Shown in pieces: positions 36,160 through 44,370 of a stretch of DNA of 56,139 bases. The position numbers were made by a program, and so were the translations under genes. The first letter of the stretch is position 1. Every line of letters starts with the position of its first letter. Origin of the DNA: a virus; IMG/VR virus record IMGVR_UViG_3300045988_062174; one strand, given 5' to 3'. The notes beneath the pieces were generated by a model. That model worked only from the letters and a program-made list of their open reading frames with translations, was not told the origin of the DNA and did not search any database.

Positions 36160-36803
36160 TGGCAAGAGAAGAGCTAAAGACAATCGAAGGATGGCACAAG
36201 AGCGGCTGCAACAGTTGGGATGAATATTGTAAGCCGGGAGATATGGTAGACCAGGGAGTAGCAGATTACTTCCTGGATATCCTGCCACCACGGACAATGA
36301 CAAGTGATTACTTCCAGGTAGGAGAGCCGCACAGTCATGCAATCAACCCGAAGACAATGAAGAACTGCGGCACATATGCAACATTCGCCGTAAGAGGAAA
36401 AGAGATCTGGGAGTATTGCGGAAACTGTTTTCCTCACATGTGTGTAGATGTTGAGAAATTCAAGAAACGGGATAGCGTGCAGGCTTTTTTGCATGAGACA
36501 TACAAGCTGGTGTGCGGGATTGCACAGGCTCCGAGACCTCATATCTTCTGCAAAGACGGTTTTGAAATGAGTGTCCAGGCTGGAGATGGATTGTATTGTG
36601 AGCCACGGGTGAATTTGGAAAGCGGAGAATATGCAGCTTGCGAAGTCGGATATCCCAGCCAGAAAGAAGAGTTGTTGATGCCGTATATTGAAGATCCGAC
36701 AGAACCGACAAAGGCAGTGTACCCGTATGTGCCGGTTGAAGTGATTGAACAAGTGATTGAGAAACACGGCGGCTGGTTTGACGCCAGGATTCCATTTGCA
36801 TAA
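36159..36803 (+). CDS. Hypothetical early protein (214 aa)
   Basis: TAATG coupling. Confidence 0.6.
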   Translation: MAREELKTIEGWHKSGCNSWDEYCKPGDMVDQGVADYFLDILPPRTMTSDYFQVGEPHSHAINPKTMKNCGTYATFAVRGKEIWEYCGNCFPHMCVDVEKFKKRDSVQAFLHETYKLVCGIAQAPRPHIFCKDGFEMSVQAGDGLYCEPRVNLESGEYAACEVGYPSQKEELLMPYIEDPTEPTKAVYPYVPVEVIEQVIEKHGGWFDARIPFA

Positions 36804-36818
36804 AGGAGGCGAAGCAGT

Positions 36819-36881
36819 ATGAAGAAATTTATGAAGAGCATGAAGAAGTTCTTTAAGACTATGAAGAAGCTGGCAAAGTAG
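36819..36881 (+). CDS. 20-aa lysine-rich amphipathic peptide MKKFMKSMKKFFKTMKKLAK
   Basis: AAAGGAGG lies 9 nt upstream of the ATG. It fills a 90-nt gap. The motif ATGAAGA occurs four times. Confidence 0.35.
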   Translation: MKKFMKSMKKFFKTMKKLAK

Positions 36882-36893
36882 AGGAGAAGGAGC

Positions 36894-37166
36894 ATGAACA
36901 AAGCAAAAAACATGACAACCGGGGCAGGTTATCTGCTCCGGAGAGAAGATTACAAGAGAGTCAAGAAAATGGATCGACAGCAATTTGAATCGTTCTGTAA
37001 GAATCTTTATATGACAGCATATGAAGAGGGCAGAAAGTCGGTTCCTGGGATTGACATTACGGAAGTGCAGAAAGCAATCAGCGAGACACCGGGAATCGGA
37101 GCGAAGAGACTGGAGGCAATCATGGAAAGCCTCAACAGCAGATTTGCAAAGGAGGGAGATGTGTGA
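36894..37166 (+). CDS. Hypothetical early protein (90 aa)
   Basis: GAGGAGAAGGAG RBS. Confidence 0.55.
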   Translation: MNKAKNMTTGAGYLLRREDYKRVKKMDRQQFESFCKNLYMTAYEEGRKSVPGIDITEVQKAISETPGIGAKRLEAIMESLNSRFAKEGDV

Positions 37167-37435
37167 TGAAGAGAACGGAGCGGACGGTAAATGTCAAAGC
37201 CTGGGGCTGTCTGGGAGCAAAGAGAGTTGTTTTATACGAAGACAGAGATGAACTTAGATTTACGGATGGGTTCCACGATATGAGAATGACCCAGGCCAGA
37301 ATGGAAGCCTTTGTTCCTGGCGGCGATGCAGTTCTGGCTGATGTGTACCGGAGAGTGAGAGGAACCAGAAGCTGGCATCCGGTTGTAAAAGAGCTGAAAA
37401 AATTATTGGATGAGAGAGGGGGAAAAGCGGTATGA
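37163..37435 (+). CDS. Hypothetical early protein (90 aa)
   Basis: ATGA coupling. Confidence 0.5.
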   Translation: MMKRTERTVNVKAWGCLGAKRVVLYEDRDELRFTDGFHDMRMTQARMEAFVPGGDAVLADVYRRVRGTRSWHPVVKELKKLLDERGGKAV

Positions 37436-37656
37436 AGATTGAACCGAGGAAAGAATCGGACAGAGGCGGTTGGCTGTGTATGCCGTTGTTAGCCAGTGTG
37501 CCGGAAGGAAAGGAAGGATGGGAAAAGGTGCGTTGCCCGGTATGTGGAGCACTTTGCTGGAAAAGACCGGAGGATGCAGGCGCGATTTGCCATAGCAAAC
37601 TCGACGGAGCGTGTTGTACGTTATGTGCTTTGAAGAAAGGAGCTGGCAGGTTATGA
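37432..37656 (+). CDS. Zinc-ribbon protein (74 aa; CPVC...CTLC)
   Basis: Cys pairs and ATGA coupling. Confidence 0.5.
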   Translation: MKIEPRKESDRGGWLCMPLLASVPEGKEGWEKVRCPVCGALCWKRPEDAGAICHSKLDGACCTLCALKKGAGRL

Positions 37657-38342
37657 AGAGAAGCGAGCAGATCGTAGAATTGATGGACGATGTAAAGAAG
37701 ATTATCTCACAGATGGCAGTGGTGGATGTATGTGAGGAAGAGAAGCCGGTAGAGGTTGGAAAAACCATCATGACAAGCCGGGAGGTGGCGGATATGTTCC
37801 AGGAATATCACTCGGTTACATATCGCAGAATCGCACAGCTTATCGTGGAGCTGGAACCGATGGAGCAGACAGAGTTCAAAATGGCACAGTTCAAGGCAAG
37901 ACACCAGGAGTACCCGATGTGGGAACTGACTGAAAAAGCCTGCAAGCTCTATCTGACGAGAATGAAAAGAGATAGATGCTACGGTAAAAAGAAGACCGGC
38001 ATTGAGAAGATGGAAAAAGAGCTTCGTTGCCGGGTAAGCGGTCAGAAACTGGTGGAGGATGCGGAGAACGGATATAAGGACGTCCGGGAACTGTTCAATC
38101 AGTTTATTACTGGTCCGAAGGGCGAAAACCGGGAAATTCCGGAACTGACGCAGGCCTACGAACGGCTGAGAGCGGTTATGGAAGCACAGGTTCCGGGTGC
38201 GAAAGCTGATACGGCGATAACGTCTGCGGTATACGATGTGGCGATAGAGTCAGAAATGCAGGGGTTCATTTACGGATTTCAGTTGTTCGGAGCGGTTCTG
38301 CAGGGATGTGGCAGCACAAGAAGATGTGCCGGAGAAAATTAA
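37653..38342 (+). CDS. Rha-like phage regulatory protein, putative
   Basis: The segment IMTSREVADMFQEYHSVTYRRIAQLI...YPMWELTEKACKLYLTRMK resembles the Rha family pattern. Confidence 0.45.
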   Translation: MKRSEQIVELMDDVKKIISQMAVVDVCEEEKPVEVGKTIMTSREVADMFQEYHSVTYRRIAQLIVELEPMEQTEFKMAQFKARHQEYPMWELTEKACKLYLTRMKRDRCYGKKKTGIEKMEKELRCRVSGQKLVEDAENGYKDVRELFNQFITGPKGENREIPELTQAYERLRAVMEAQVPGAKADTAITSAVYDVAIESEMQGFIYGFQLFGAVLQGCGSTRRCAGEN

Positions 38343-38360
38343 GGGCAGACAGGAGGAGTC

Positions 38361-38570
38361 ATGGAGAATAATTTGGTAAAGCTGGAACCATGCCCGTTCT
38401 GCGGTTGCAGAGATAGAAGAGTGGGAATCCGTAGGATGGGTAACAACGGATATAGAGTTTGTTGCTCGAAGTGCGGAAGTCTCGGACCTCATGTATCAGT
38501 GAAGGACTGGAACGGACACAAGAAGCTTGCGCAGAAAGAGGCAAGAGAAAAATGGAATGAAAGGGCGTGA
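38361..38570 (+). CDS. Lar-family restriction alleviation protein
   Basis: LEPCPFCG...YRVCCSKCGSLGP...AQKEAREKWNERA matches the Lar pattern (CPFCG...C..CG...A...WN.RA). Confidence 0.65.
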   Translation: MENNLVKLEPCPFCGCRDRRVGIRRMGNNGYRVCCSKCGSLGPHVSVKDWNGHKKLAQKEAREKWNERA

Positions 38571-38574
38571 GAAA

Positions 38575-38916
38575 ATGGATAGAGAAGAACTTATGAGAGA
38601 GTTGGAAGATATGTTCCGGGATGAGCCGGATAACAATAAACTGAATGCGGCTCTGGACCTTGCGGATGCGTATGCAGAACATGAATACGAGAAAAGAAAA
38701 AAGTCTGAAAAAGTACAGTGGGGAAAAGATGTGTGTGCTGCGGCAGGAGAGAGTGTAGACGAACTTCCGGAGAAGGTGTTCATTTCTATTTCAGAGAAGT
38801 TAGAGGATAGAATGTTGGAGAATAACGGTGATCTGGAATATGCAGTAGTCCAGGAAGTTGTAAATGAGTTCTGGGAGCAGGAGGAAGAGGAAGATGCTGA
38901 TTGTAAGCCAGAATAA
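38575..38916 (+). CDS. Hypothetical acidic protein (113 aa)
   Basis: ATG at 38575 following the Lar stop. Confidence 0.5.
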   Translation: MDREELMRELEDMFRDEPDNNKLNAALDLADAYAEHEYEKRKKSEKVQWGKDVCAAAGESVDELPEKVFISISEKLEDRMLENNGDLEYAVVQEVVNEFWEQEEEEDADCKPE

Positions 38917-39205
38917 AGAGAAGGTGTTGTGGTTCGGAAGAGCCTTTAACGCCTTGGAATATTCAGAACAGGTAGACCACAAGGGAAAGAAGGAAACCGT
39001 CAGACACACAATTTGCATATCTGATGGTTGTCTGGAAGAGATTGCAGAGTATCAGACAAAGGAACGGTGCTTGCAGGTGCTGAAAGATTTCTGCGGAGCA
39101 TATGAAAATGAATGTTATACGGTTGAGTTCTTCGACACTGCGGCCCAGGCAACAAGACCGGCAATGTACAAGAAGAACATCGTGTATGAGTTCCCGGCAG
39201 AGTAA
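38894..39205 (+). CDS. Hypothetical early protein (103 aa)
   Basis: GGAGGAAGAGGAAG precedes the ATG at 38894. Confidence 0.5.
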   Translation: MLIVSQNKEKVLWFGRAFNALEYSEQVDHKGKKETVRHTICISDGCLEEIAEYQTKERCLQVLKDFCGAYENECYTVEFFDTAAQATRPAMYKKNIVYEFPAE

Positions 39206-39219
39206 TGTGAAGGAGGGCG

Positions 39220-39516
39220 ATGATGGAACACAAGATCACAATCATGAAATATCAGACGATGTTTCCGGGGATGACAAAAAAGCTGTTCGATGAGAAAGAG
39301 AGATTCTATCAGATTGCAGTCATCAGCATCAGACTGGATGAACTCCAGACAAAAGGTGCGGTACTGCAGAAAATGGGAAAACCAACAAAGAGCGGCACTA
39401 GAATGACGTTTGCACCGGTGCGGAGTGCTGGAGAGTATGAGGCAGAGATGCAGAGGATTCTGGAAGACGGGAAAAAGCTGGGTCTGAAATTTGAAAAGAA
39501 AAAGGAGGAAAAGTAA
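39220..39516 (+). CDS. Hypothetical early protein (98 aa)
   Basis: GAAGGAGGG RBS. Confidence 0.5.
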   Translation: MMEHKITIMKYQTMFPGMTKKLFDEKERFYQIAVISIRLDELQTKGAVLQKMGKPTKSGTRMTFAPVRSAGEYEAEMQRILEDGKKLGLKFEKKKEEK

Positions 39517-40913
39517 TGGAGAGCAGTGAAGTTGTAAAAATCAGAGTGGAGAATATATATCCGCATCCGGATAATCCGAGAAAAGACCTCGGAGATGTGA
39601 CAGAGTTGGCAGAATCAATGAAGAAGCATGGAGTCATGCAGAATTTGACGGTTATTCCGGCGAGTGCATTGACAGCAGACCCGGAAGATCAGCCGGATGC
39701 TGATAAGGTTTCGGTAATCAGTGATTTCCATGTACTGATAGGACATAGAAGATTGGAGGCGGCAAAATTAGCAGGCCTGGTAGAAGTTCCATGCCAGATT
39801 AAAAGCAAGATTTCCCGGAAAGAGCAGGTAGGCATCATGCTGTTGGAGAATATTCAGCGTGAAGACCTTACCATCCAGGAGCAGGCCCAGGGATTCCAGA
39901 TGATGCTCGATTTGGGAGATACGGAAGACCAGATTGCAGAAAAGACCGGATTCAGTAAATCAACCGTCCGGCATAGGCTGAATATTGCGAAGCTGGACCA
40001 GGAGAAATTGAAAGAGAAGCAGCAGGACGATGCTTTTCAACTCACATTGAAAGACCTGTACGAACTGGAGAAAATCAAGGATGTAGAAATGCGAAATGAG
40101 ATTCTGGATAAGGCCAGCAGCTCCAGAGATATTGTGAGCCGGGTTCAGAACGAGATTACAAATGCTAAGAAGAAAGAGAACGCAAAGAAGCTCAAAGCGA
40201 AGCTGAAAAAGATGGGGGTAGAGAAAGCACCAGAGCAGTATTCCCAGCAGATGTACAATGGAAAGTGGAAAACGGTAATAGAGATTAACTTGACAGACGA
40301 TGTGCCGGATGAGATTGAACTGCCAGAGCAGAAAGGGCAGATGTACTGGTATGAGACATGGCGAGATTTGAGAATCGTTACGAAAGCTCCGAAGGAAAAG
40401 AAGAAGCTGACAAAAGAAGAGCTGGCGAAGAAAGAGCAGGATAGAAAGTCAAAAGAGGTAAAGGAAATTCTGAAAGGAAGTGCTGCCAGAAGAAAAGATT
40501 TTATCTCCGGAATTATTTCTGGAAAAATCCCGGCTCTTAAGGACGAAAACGCAGCGAGAGAAAAAATCTGGGAAGCCCTTGTGCTGATTGGTTACGGTCT
40601 GTACGGTTCGATTGCGAGAGGCTTTTTCCTGGAGGACGATGAGTGGAAGTACAGCGAAGAAGAGAGAAAGCAGGCAACTGAGACGTTCCAAGGATTGAGC
40701 ATCACACATCAAATGCTTGTGTTTCTGCATGGGTCGATGAATACGGTAGGAGAAACCTATGATTATAGCGGACGCTACGCCAAAGAAAAGGCGGATAAAC
40801 TGCTGAAAGGGTATGAAGCCCTCAAATTGTTTGGGTGGTTCTTTGAGATGGATGAGGAGAAGCGAGTTCTGGACGGAACAAGTGAGTTATTTGCACCTGC
40901 GGAAGAAAAGTAA
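39516..40913 (+). CDS. parB: ParB/Spo0J-family protein (465 aa)
   Basis: IENIYPHPDNPRK...VLIGHRRLEAAKLAGLVEVPC...LLENIQREDLT...IAEKTGFSKSTVRHRLNIAKL gives the ParB N-terminal boxes plus an HTH, followed by a long C-terminal extension. Confidence 0.85.
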   Translation: MESSEVVKIRVENIYPHPDNPRKDLGDVTELAESMKKHGVMQNLTVIPASALTADPEDQPDADKVSVISDFHVLIGHRRLEAAKLAGLVEVPCQIKSKISRKEQVGIMLLENIQREDLTIQEQAQGFQMMLDLGDTEDQIAEKTGFSKSTVRHRLNIAKLDQEKLKEKQQDDAFQLTLKDLYELEKIKDVEMRNEILDKASSSRDIVSRVQNEITNAKKKENAKKLKAKLKKMGVEKAPEQYSQQMYNGKWKTVIEINLTDDVPDEIELPEQKGQMYWYETWRDLRIVTKAPKEKKKLTKEELAKKEQDRKSKEVKEILKGSAARRKDFISGIISGKIPALKDENAAREKIWEALVLIGYGLYGSIARGFFLEDDEWKYSEEERKQATETFQGLSITHQMLVFLHGSMNTVGETYDYSGRYAKEKADKLLKGYEALKLFGWFFEMDEEKRVLDGTSELFAPAEEK

Positions 40914-40965
40914 ACTACTGACTTGCCAACTGGCGTAAAGTCGGTTATTATAATAGGAAGAAGGA

Positions 40966-40984
40966 GCTACAAAGTAGCGGTACA
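40966..40984. repeat. Motif GCTACAAAGTAGCGGTACA (contains the palindrome GCTAC-AAA-GTAGC)
   Basis: 16 of 18 positions match CTACAAAATAGCGATACA at 41051-41068. Confidence 0.6.
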
Positions 40985-41032
40985 TAAGTAGTGAAATGAA
41001 GGCACGCCCTCTACATGGGGGATGCGATGATG

Positions 41033-41068
41033 ATTTTGTAGAGTGATTCACTACAAAATAGCGATACA
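41033..41068. repeat. Inverted repeat ATTTTGTAG-N9-CTACAAAAT plus the second copy of the CTACAAA-TAGCG-TACA motif (attP or parS candidate)
   Basis: The 9-bp perfect arms are at 41033-41 and 41051-59. Confidence 0.55.
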
Positions 41069-41091
41069 ACAGATTATGGAGATATGAAGAA

Positions 41092-41124
41092 AGCCAGGGG
41101 TGATTAAACCTCTGGCTTTTCTTT
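41092..41124. terminator. Bidirectional terminator hairpin between parB and int
   Basis: AGCCAGGGG-tgattaaa-CCTCTGGCT is flanked by a T-run on the + strand (TTTCTTT) and, on the minus strand, by TTTCTTC. The int stop codon lies in the loop. Confidence 0.6.
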
Positions 41125-42837
41125 GTAGATGAACGTATGAGATAATCCGTTGCGGAATGTAATAGAGTGAACGGCTCCGTCTTTGAAAACGATGTTGTCT
41201 ATGATGCTGCTGAGAAAAGAATCAAGGACCTCTGGAGAAACGGTAGCACTCAGCGATTGAAAGCTGACGTAATTTCGGTCAGTGAGCTTCTGGGAGAGTA
41301 TGAAGTTGCTTGCCTTGGCGATAAATTCATCATCAGTGATAGACTGTTGCAGGCTGTCTTCTGATGCCAGGAACGCCAACTTGTCCTCGACTTCTTCCAG
41401 GGAGTCCGAAAGCTGAATCTTCTGAGTGAGGTATTCGGATTCCGACATGGCTTTTTCGGAATAGAGGAACAGCTTGTTCAGACGGTCAATAGCTCTTTCC
41501 AGACGGACTTTTTCCTTTTTGAGTTTTGATAGCTGCAATGGCGGCTCGGAGCCTGTTTTGATTTTGACGTCTTTTCCGAAGACCTCTCCCTTGATGGTTC
41601 CGGTGCGGAGCGTATGAAACAGATCATGTAATCCGTCCGGGGCAATGGCGGCCACCGGGGAGAAAGTATCGCCGGAGAGTAGCTGCTGTTCCAGTTCCTG
41701 TATGCTCGTTTCCGGAGAGAACGCTTTTTGAGCGTTGAGCATATTGAGAATGTAGTTGAAGACGAACTCGCCAACGATTGGGTCTGAGGTAGATTTTCCG
41801 GTACACCACAGCTTGCTTTTTCTGTGCGTAGGGCAGAAGTAGAGAGAATAGCGTCTGCCAGTAGTCTTCTTTATGGTGGAAATGGAACTGGTCATAGGTT
41901 GACCGCAATTTCCACAGATGAGCAGGCCGGAGAAAATGTGCGTGTATTTGCTCTTGCCACTCTTACGAAATGATTTGAGCCTGCGGTTGGATTCCAGGAG
42001 TGCAAGGATACGTTCTTTCTGTTCTCGGCTTACGATGGCCGGGTGGTGGTCTTTCACGGTAATCCATTCGGATTTATCCTTAGGACGTTGCCGGTCCCCT
42101 TCCTTAAGGCGGTTGTACTGGTAATCGCCGCAGTAGAATACGCTGCGAAGAATAATATCCAGAGAGACAGGAGACCAGTCATTACCGGCACGAGTCCGGT
42201 AGCCATGTTCGTTCAGATACCGGGCCAGGTAAACCAGGGAGCGGAGTTCTTCGTATTTGTCATGAATCAGATGGGCGATGTTGTACTCGTCGGAGTTGAA
42301 GCTGAAAGCCTGTTCCTCCGGGTCATAATCGTAGCCGTAAGGAATACGTCCGCCGTTCCACTGCCCGTTGCTGGCTCTGGAAATCATAGTGGCAGTGACA
42401 CGTTCCGAGGTCATGTTACGCTCCAACTCCGCAAAGACAAGGATAATTTTGAGCATCGCTTCTCCCATAGCCGTACTGGTGTCGAATTGCTCGTTTTTCG
42501 AGACAAAGGTAACGCCCAGGTTTTTAAGCTCCTGGTACATCTCTGCAAAGTCCAGAAGGTTTCTGGAGATGCGGTCAATCTTCCAGACCAGCAGATGCGT
42601 GTACGTGCCGGTCCGAAGCTGAGACATCATTTTCTGAAATTCTGGCCGGATGGTATTTTTGCCAGAGTACCCGGCATCCTCGAAGATTGTCACATCGTCA
42701 GTGTTCAGTATCAGCTTGGCGTAGGCAATCAAATCTTGACGCTGCATAGGCAGAGAGTCCCTGTCGATCTGATGCAGTGTAGAGACTCGTATGTAGATAG
42801 CCACTTTTGCGTGAGTGGCAGCACTGTTTGAAATCAT
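41104..42837 (-). CDS. int: Large serine recombinase (integrase)
   Basis: 577 aa. The N-terminal resolvase motif is KVAIYIRVSTLHQIDRDSLPMQ, followed by a recombinase domain, a zinc ribbon (CGNCGQ...FCPTHRK) and a coiled-coil C-terminus. Confidence 0.92.
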   Translation of the reverse strand: MISNSAATHAKVAIYIRVSTLHQIDRDSLPMQRQDLIAYAKLILNTDDVTIFEDAGYSGKNTIRPEFQKMMSQLRTGTYTHLLVWKIDRISRNLLDFAEMYQELKNLGVTFVSKNEQFDTSTAMGEAMLKIILVFAELERNMTSERVTATMISRASNGQWNGGRIPYGYDYDPEEQAFSFNSDEYNIAHLIHDKYEELRSLVYLARYLNEHGYRTRAGNDWSPVSLDIILRSVFYCGDYQYNRLKEGDRQRPKDKSEWITVKDHHPAIVSREQKERILALLESNRRLKSFRKSGKSKYTHIFSGLLICGNCGQPMTSSISTIKKTTGRRYSLYFCPTHRKSKLWCTGKSTSDPIVGEFVFNYILNMLNAQKAFSPETSIQELEQQLLSGDTFSPVAAIAPDGLHDLFHTLRTGTIKGEVFGKDVKIKTGSEPPLQLSKLKKEKVRLERAIDRLNKLFLYSEKAMSESEYLTQKIQLSDSLEEVEDKLAFLASEDSLQQSITDDEFIAKASNFILSQKLTDRNYVSFQSLSATVSPEVLDSFLSSIIDNIVFKDGAVHSITFRNGLSHTFIYKEKPEV

Positions 42838-42889
42838 ATTTTTCCTCCAAAAATACGCCGTCCCATTACAGAACGGCGCATGTTCATTT

Positions 42890-43465
42890 CTACGCCCTTT
42901 TAGTCGGGCAATTCAATATTACATCCCTTAATCCGGCAAAATCCGTTATGTAAGGTTTTAGAGCTTTCAGCGAATTAAGAGAAATATTTTTCTGGTTGGG
43001 CTTTTGCTCGTTGAGCACATAGGTAGGCAACACATAGAACTCCCAGTATTCCAGGGCAAGCGGCGAGACGTCTTTTGTCAGTGCTTTGTAAAGGCAAAAA
43101 ACGTAGAGGTCAGAATGACGCTTGACGTCCGGAGAATATCCGGCTTTCGGGTCCCAGGCTCTGTGAGGTGCTATGCTGAACTGTATATGCTCGTGGTACG
43201 CTTCATCCCAGGATTGGAGATAAGAAGCGGATTTGACTTCGATTCGCTGTCCGGTAGGACTGGTCAAATCAAAGGGGAGCCAATCAGTTCGCATTTTCGA
43301 ATCGGGGGGGGGTAATAACGCACTGTGTACTATGTATTCTGCAAGTACGCCCCGGTCTGTGTTGTTGAGCAGATCACTGTAAGCCCAGGACCAGAAATCT
43401 ACTACCGACAAGCCGGTGTCTTCCCCATGAAAAGTAAATTTGTTATTGGATGTTAATTGCTCCAT
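42890..43465 (-). CDS. PD-(D/E)xK-like nuclease-fold protein (191 aa), lysogeny-module moron
   Basis: Candidate catalytic pattern AEY...PFDLTSPTGQRIEVKSASY (E...D...ExK). It overlaps the upstream gene by 13 nt and contains a C9 tract. Confidence 0.6.
   Translation of the reverse strand: MEQLTSNNKFTFHGEDTGLSVVDFWSWAYSDLLNNTDRGVLAEYIVHSALLPPPDSKMRTDWLPFDLTSPTGQRIEVKSASYLQSWDEAYHEHIQFSIAPHRAWDPKAGYSPDVKRHSDLYVFCLYKALTKDVSPLALEYWEFYVLPTYVLNEQKPNQKNISLNSLKALKPYITDFAGLRDVILNCPTKRA
43304..43312. repeat. Homopolymer G9 (C9 on the coding strand) inside the nuclease-like gene
   Basis: Read directly as atcgggggggggtaat. It encodes the PPP of ALLPPPDSK. Confidence 0.95.
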
Positions 43466-43776
43466 GCAGGAATCCTCCCTTCGCAGAGAGAGGCTATGCC
43501 ATGGATGTTGCCGCCAAGAGCAAAGACCAACGCCCGGCGGCAGTCGGTGTCTGTCAGAATATCGGAATAGGTATGGACCAACGGCAAGAACTCACGAACC
43601 GAAAGTGAGAGTTTCTTCCGCAGGTGTGCTATTTTGTTAATTGTTCCGGCAGACAGCGATGCAGGCCCTTCCTCCAGAGAAGAACAGAAGGAAGAGAGAT
43701 AGAGCAGTAGAGCCGCAGCATCGCAATTCAGTTGTTCTTCGGTCCGGGCCAGGAAAAAGTATTTCTTTGAGTCCAT
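43453..43776 (-). CDS. Hypothetical protein (107 aa), partner of the nuclease-like gene
   Basis: AGGAGGG RBS. It lies 41 nt downstream of the repressor gene on the same strand. Confidence 0.5.
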   Translation of the reverse strand: MDSKKYFFLARTEEQLNCDAAALLLYLSSFCSSLEEGPASLSAGTINKIAHLRKKLSLSVREFLPLVHTYSDILTDTDCRRALVFALGGNIHGIASLCEGRIPAWSN

Positions 43777-43817
43777 AAGCCCTCCTGTCCGGTATCATCT
43801 GAAACGACGATACCAAT

Positions 43818-44195
43818 CTAAACGGATAATCTTTTTTCACCGTCAAGGTATTTCTTGCTTTCCTCAAGAGCTTTGAGGTAGCCCTTCATTTCCCCTTTAA
43901 ATTCATAACGCTTTTCTGTTGGCAGAGCCTTGTAAATACTCAGCAGCTCCTTCTCATCATCGGTGTAAGTTTCGGTCTGGACGTCAGTGTAAGCAGATTC
44001 TTTTCCGGTCAGAATGTAGTCGGTAGAGACGTGCAGAAACCGGGCAATGTCTGCGATGTATTTAGCTGGCGGCAGAGTGTTTCGAGCCTTCCAGGTAGAG
44101 TAGGAAGACTGGTTAATGCCAAGAAATTTGCACAGTGCATAAGGCGTTTGCTCCCTCTGTTCGAGAACTGTTTCGATTCTGTCGATTGCTTCCAT
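43818..44195 (-). CDS. cI-like XRE-family repressor
   Basis: The HTH reads TPYALCKFLGINQSSYSTWKARNTLPPAKYIADIARFLHVSTDYILTG. It is divergent from the Cro-like genes. Confidence 0.8.
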   Translation of the reverse strand: MEAIDRIETVLEQREQTPYALCKFLGINQSSYSTWKARNTLPPAKYIADIARFLHVSTDYILTGKESAYTDVQTETYTDDEKELLSIYKALPTEKRYEFKGEMKGYLKALEESKKYLDGEKRLSV

Positions 44196-44215
44196 GTAGC
44201 ACCTCCGTAAAATAA

Positions 44216-44229
44216 TTCGAGAAATCGAA
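44216..44229. promoter_or_regulatory. Operator palindrome TTCGA-GAAA-TCGAA in the switch region
   Basis: Perfect arms, 21 nt upstream of the repressor start codon. Confidence 0.55.
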
Positions 44230-44238
44230 GAAAAACTC

Positions 44239-44267
44239 TTTACAAATTCGAGTTTTCGAGCTACAAT
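44239..44267 (+). promoter_or_regulatory. Rightward early promoter (TTTACA-17 bp-TACAAT) with embedded operator TTCGAGTTTTCGAG (44247-60)
   Basis: Same architecture as P1/P2. Confidence 0.6.
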
Positions 44268-44370
44268 ACAATCACAAGCTACAAATGATTCGCAAATGGG
44301 AAGTGCTAAATCGCATAAGTAGTTTGTGATTGCGTATGTAGTGTACGTTTGTACCGTTAAATTGTATCAT

